In this document: in pieces, positions 61,390 through 64,000 of the stretch
How positions within the stretch are numbered: the stretch's first letter is position 1
Layout of the letters: every line of letters begins with the position of its first letter
From: Octopus sinensis
Taxonomy: Eukaryota
DNA length: 64,000 nucleotides
Assembly (NCBI RefSeq): GCF_006345805.1
Contig: NC_043026.1
Coordinates: forward strand, 3,782,001 to 3,846,000
Direction: 5' to 3'
Translations under genes and position numbers: made by a program
Notes under the pieces: model-generated
Database searches by the model: none
What the model was told of the DNA's origin: nothing
Seen by the model: only the letters and a program-made list of their open reading frames with translations

Positions 61390-64000
61390 TTCAGTCATGA
61401 ATGACCATGGGATTGCGCCCAGACAGTTCCTCTCCGAGGCACAAGTCTGAGCAAGGTTGTTTATGGAAGAACAGCAGTCACCCATGCATACCAGCCTCCC
61501 CTCTCTATGCCATCATATGTACATAGGATAAAGGGTAAAGACCCCCTTCATTCATGAATATGAGATTTCCCCTAGAAAGTTTCCATCCGAGGCACAAGTC
61601 CAGCAAAGTTGTGTATGAATGACCAGCAGTTGCCCATTCATACCAGCCTCCCCCTCTCCATGCCATTAATATGTACATGGGGTAAAGTGTAAAAACCCCC
61701 TTTGGCCACGAATGACCATGGGATTGCCCCTAGAAAGTTTTCATCCGAGGCACAAGTCCAGCAAAGTTGTGTATGAATGACCAGCAGTCGCCCATTCATA
61801 CCAGCCTTCCCTCTCCTTGCCATTATATGTACATGGGGTAAGTGTAAAAACCCCCTTTGGCCACGAATGACCATGGGATTGCCCCTAGAAAGTCTTCATC
61901 GAGGCACAAGTCCAGCAAAGTTGTGTATGAATGACCAGCAGTCGCCCATTCATACCAGCCTCCCCCTCTCCTTGCCATTATATGTACATGGGGTAAAGTG
62001 TAAAAACCCCCTTTGGCCACGAATGACCATGGGATTGCCCCTAGAAAGTCTTCATCCGAGGCACAAGTCCAGCAAAGTTGTGTATGAATGACCAGCAGTT
62101 GCCCATTCATACCAGCCTCCCCCTCTCCTTGCCATTATATTTACATGGGGTAAAGTCTAAAAACCCGCTTTGGCCACGAATGACAATGGGATTGCACCTA
62201 AAAAGTTTTCATCCGAGGCACAAGTCCAGCAAAGTTGTGTATGAATGACCAGCAGTCACCCATTCATACCAGCCTCCCCCTCTCCATGCCATTAATATCT
62301 ACATGGGGTAAAGTCTAAAAACCCCCTTTGGCCACGATGACCATGGGATTGCACCTAAAAAGTTTTCATCCGAGGCACAAGTCCAGCAAAGTTGTGTATG
62401 AATGACCAGCAGTCACCCATTCATACCAGCCTCCCCCCTCTCCATGCCATTATATCTACATGGGGTAAAGTCTAAAAACCCCTTTGGCCACGAATGACCA
62501 TGGGATTGCACCTAAAAAGTTTTCATCCGAGGCACAAGTCCAGCAAAGTTGTGTATGAATGACCAGCAGTTGCCCATTCATACCAGCCTCCCCTCTCCAT
62601 GCCATTAATATCTACATGGGGTAAAGTCTAAAAACCCCCTTTGGCCACGAATGACCATGGGATTGCACCTAGAAAGTTTTCATCCGATGCACAAGTCCAG
62701 CAAAGTTGTGTATGAATGACCAGCAGTCACCCATTCATACCAGCCTCCCCTCTCCATGCCATTAATATCTACATGGGGTAAAGTCTAAAAACCCCCTTTG
62801 GCCACGAATGACCATGGGATTGCACCTAAAAAGTTTTCATCCGAGGCACAAGTCCAGCAAAGTTGTGTATGAATGACCAGCAGTCACCCATTCATACCAG
62901 CCTCCCCCTCTCCATGCCATTAATATCTACATGGGGTAAAGTCTAAAAACCCCCTTTGGCCACGAATGACCATGGGATTGCACCTAAAAAGTTTTCATCC
63001 GAGGCACAAGTCCAGCAAAGTTGTGTATGAATGACCAGCAGTCACCCATTCATACCAGCCTCCCCCTCTCCATGCCATTAATATCTACATGGGGTAAAGT
63101 CTAAAAACCCCCTTTGGCCACGAATGACCATGGATTGCACCTAAAAAGTTTTCATCCGAGGCACAAGTCCAGCAAAGTTGTGTATGAATGACCAGCAGTC
63201 ACCCATTCATACCAGCCTCCCCCTCTCCTTGCCATTATATGTACATGGGGTAAAGTCTAAAAACCCCCTTTGGCCACGAATGACCATGGGATTGCACCTA
63301 GAAAGTTTTCATCCGAGGCACAAGTCCAGCAAAGTTGTGTATGAATGACCAGCAGTCACCCATTCATACCAGCCTCCCCCTCTCCATGCCATTAATATCT
63401 ACATGGGGTAAAGTCTAAAAACCCCCTTTGGCCACGAATGACCATGGGATTGCACCTAAAAAGTTTTCATCCGAGGCACAAGTCCAGCAAAGTTGTGTAT
63501 GAATGACCAGCAGTCACCCATTCATACCAGCCTCCCCCTCTCCATGCCATTAATATCTACATGGGGTAAAGTCTAAAAACCCCCTTTGGCCACGAATATG
63601 ACCATGGATTGCACCTAAAAAGTTTTCATCCGAGGCACAAGTCCAGCAAAGTTGTGTATGAATGAACAGCAGTCACCCATTCATACCAGCCTCCCCCTCT
63701 CCATGCCATTAATATCTACATGGGGTAAAGTCTAAAAACCCCCTTTGGCCACGAATGACCATGGGATTGCACCTAAAATGTTTTCATCCGAGGCACAAGT
63801 CCAGCAAAGTTGTGTATGAATGACCAGCAGTTGCCCATTCATACCAGCCTCCCCCTCTCCATGCCATTAATATCTACATGGGGTAAAGTCTAAAAACCCC
63901 CTTTGGCCACGAATGACCATGGGATTGCACCTAAAAAGTTTTCATCCGAGGCACAAGTCCAGCAAAGTTGTGTATGAATGACCAGCAGTCACCCATTCAT
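61390..64000 (-). repeat. Homogeneous tandem array, ~157-bp unit, at least 16 copies, runs off the window end
   Basis: CAAGTCCAGCAAAG at 62221, 62378, 62535 etc.; reverse complement of the SINE tail at 50052-50365 and of the 45990-47045 array. Confidence 0.93.

Overview
Eukaryotic (animal) genomic DNA, most likely an octopus/coleoid cephalopod. That assignment is an inference from the microsatellite- and SINE-rich repeat landscape, not from a database match. The + strand carries the middle of one large gene, GAK/auxilin (cyclin G-associated kinase). I could chain 16 GT-AG exons with consistent phases (1664-60282, 3322 coding nt, about 5% of the window). They encode the C-terminal part of the NAK kinase domain, the PTEN-like phosphatase/C2 module and a 1.4-kb low-complexity clathrin/adaptor-binding exon. 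The start of the kinase and the J-domain lie outside the window. The introns are filled with RTE, BovB-like and CR1-like LINE fragments, tRNA-derived SINEs, Tc1/mariner remnants, Helitron/HINE-like elements, and many tandem arrays built from transposon ends. Most interesting: (1) about ten minimal type-I hammerhead-ribozyme-like motifs from several sequence families. Four have an intact core, and most sit in inverted-repeat elements, including a palindrome in which a tRNA-like Pol III head is followed by a hammerhead. (2) An 18-copy satellite with a 7-unit higher-order repeat, made from the left TIR of a deleted mariner. (3) A candidate frame-preserving 27-nt microexon. (4) A perfect-TIR element carrying a triplicated CR1-like LINE end. 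All RNA folds and family assignments were made by eye and need computational confirmation.
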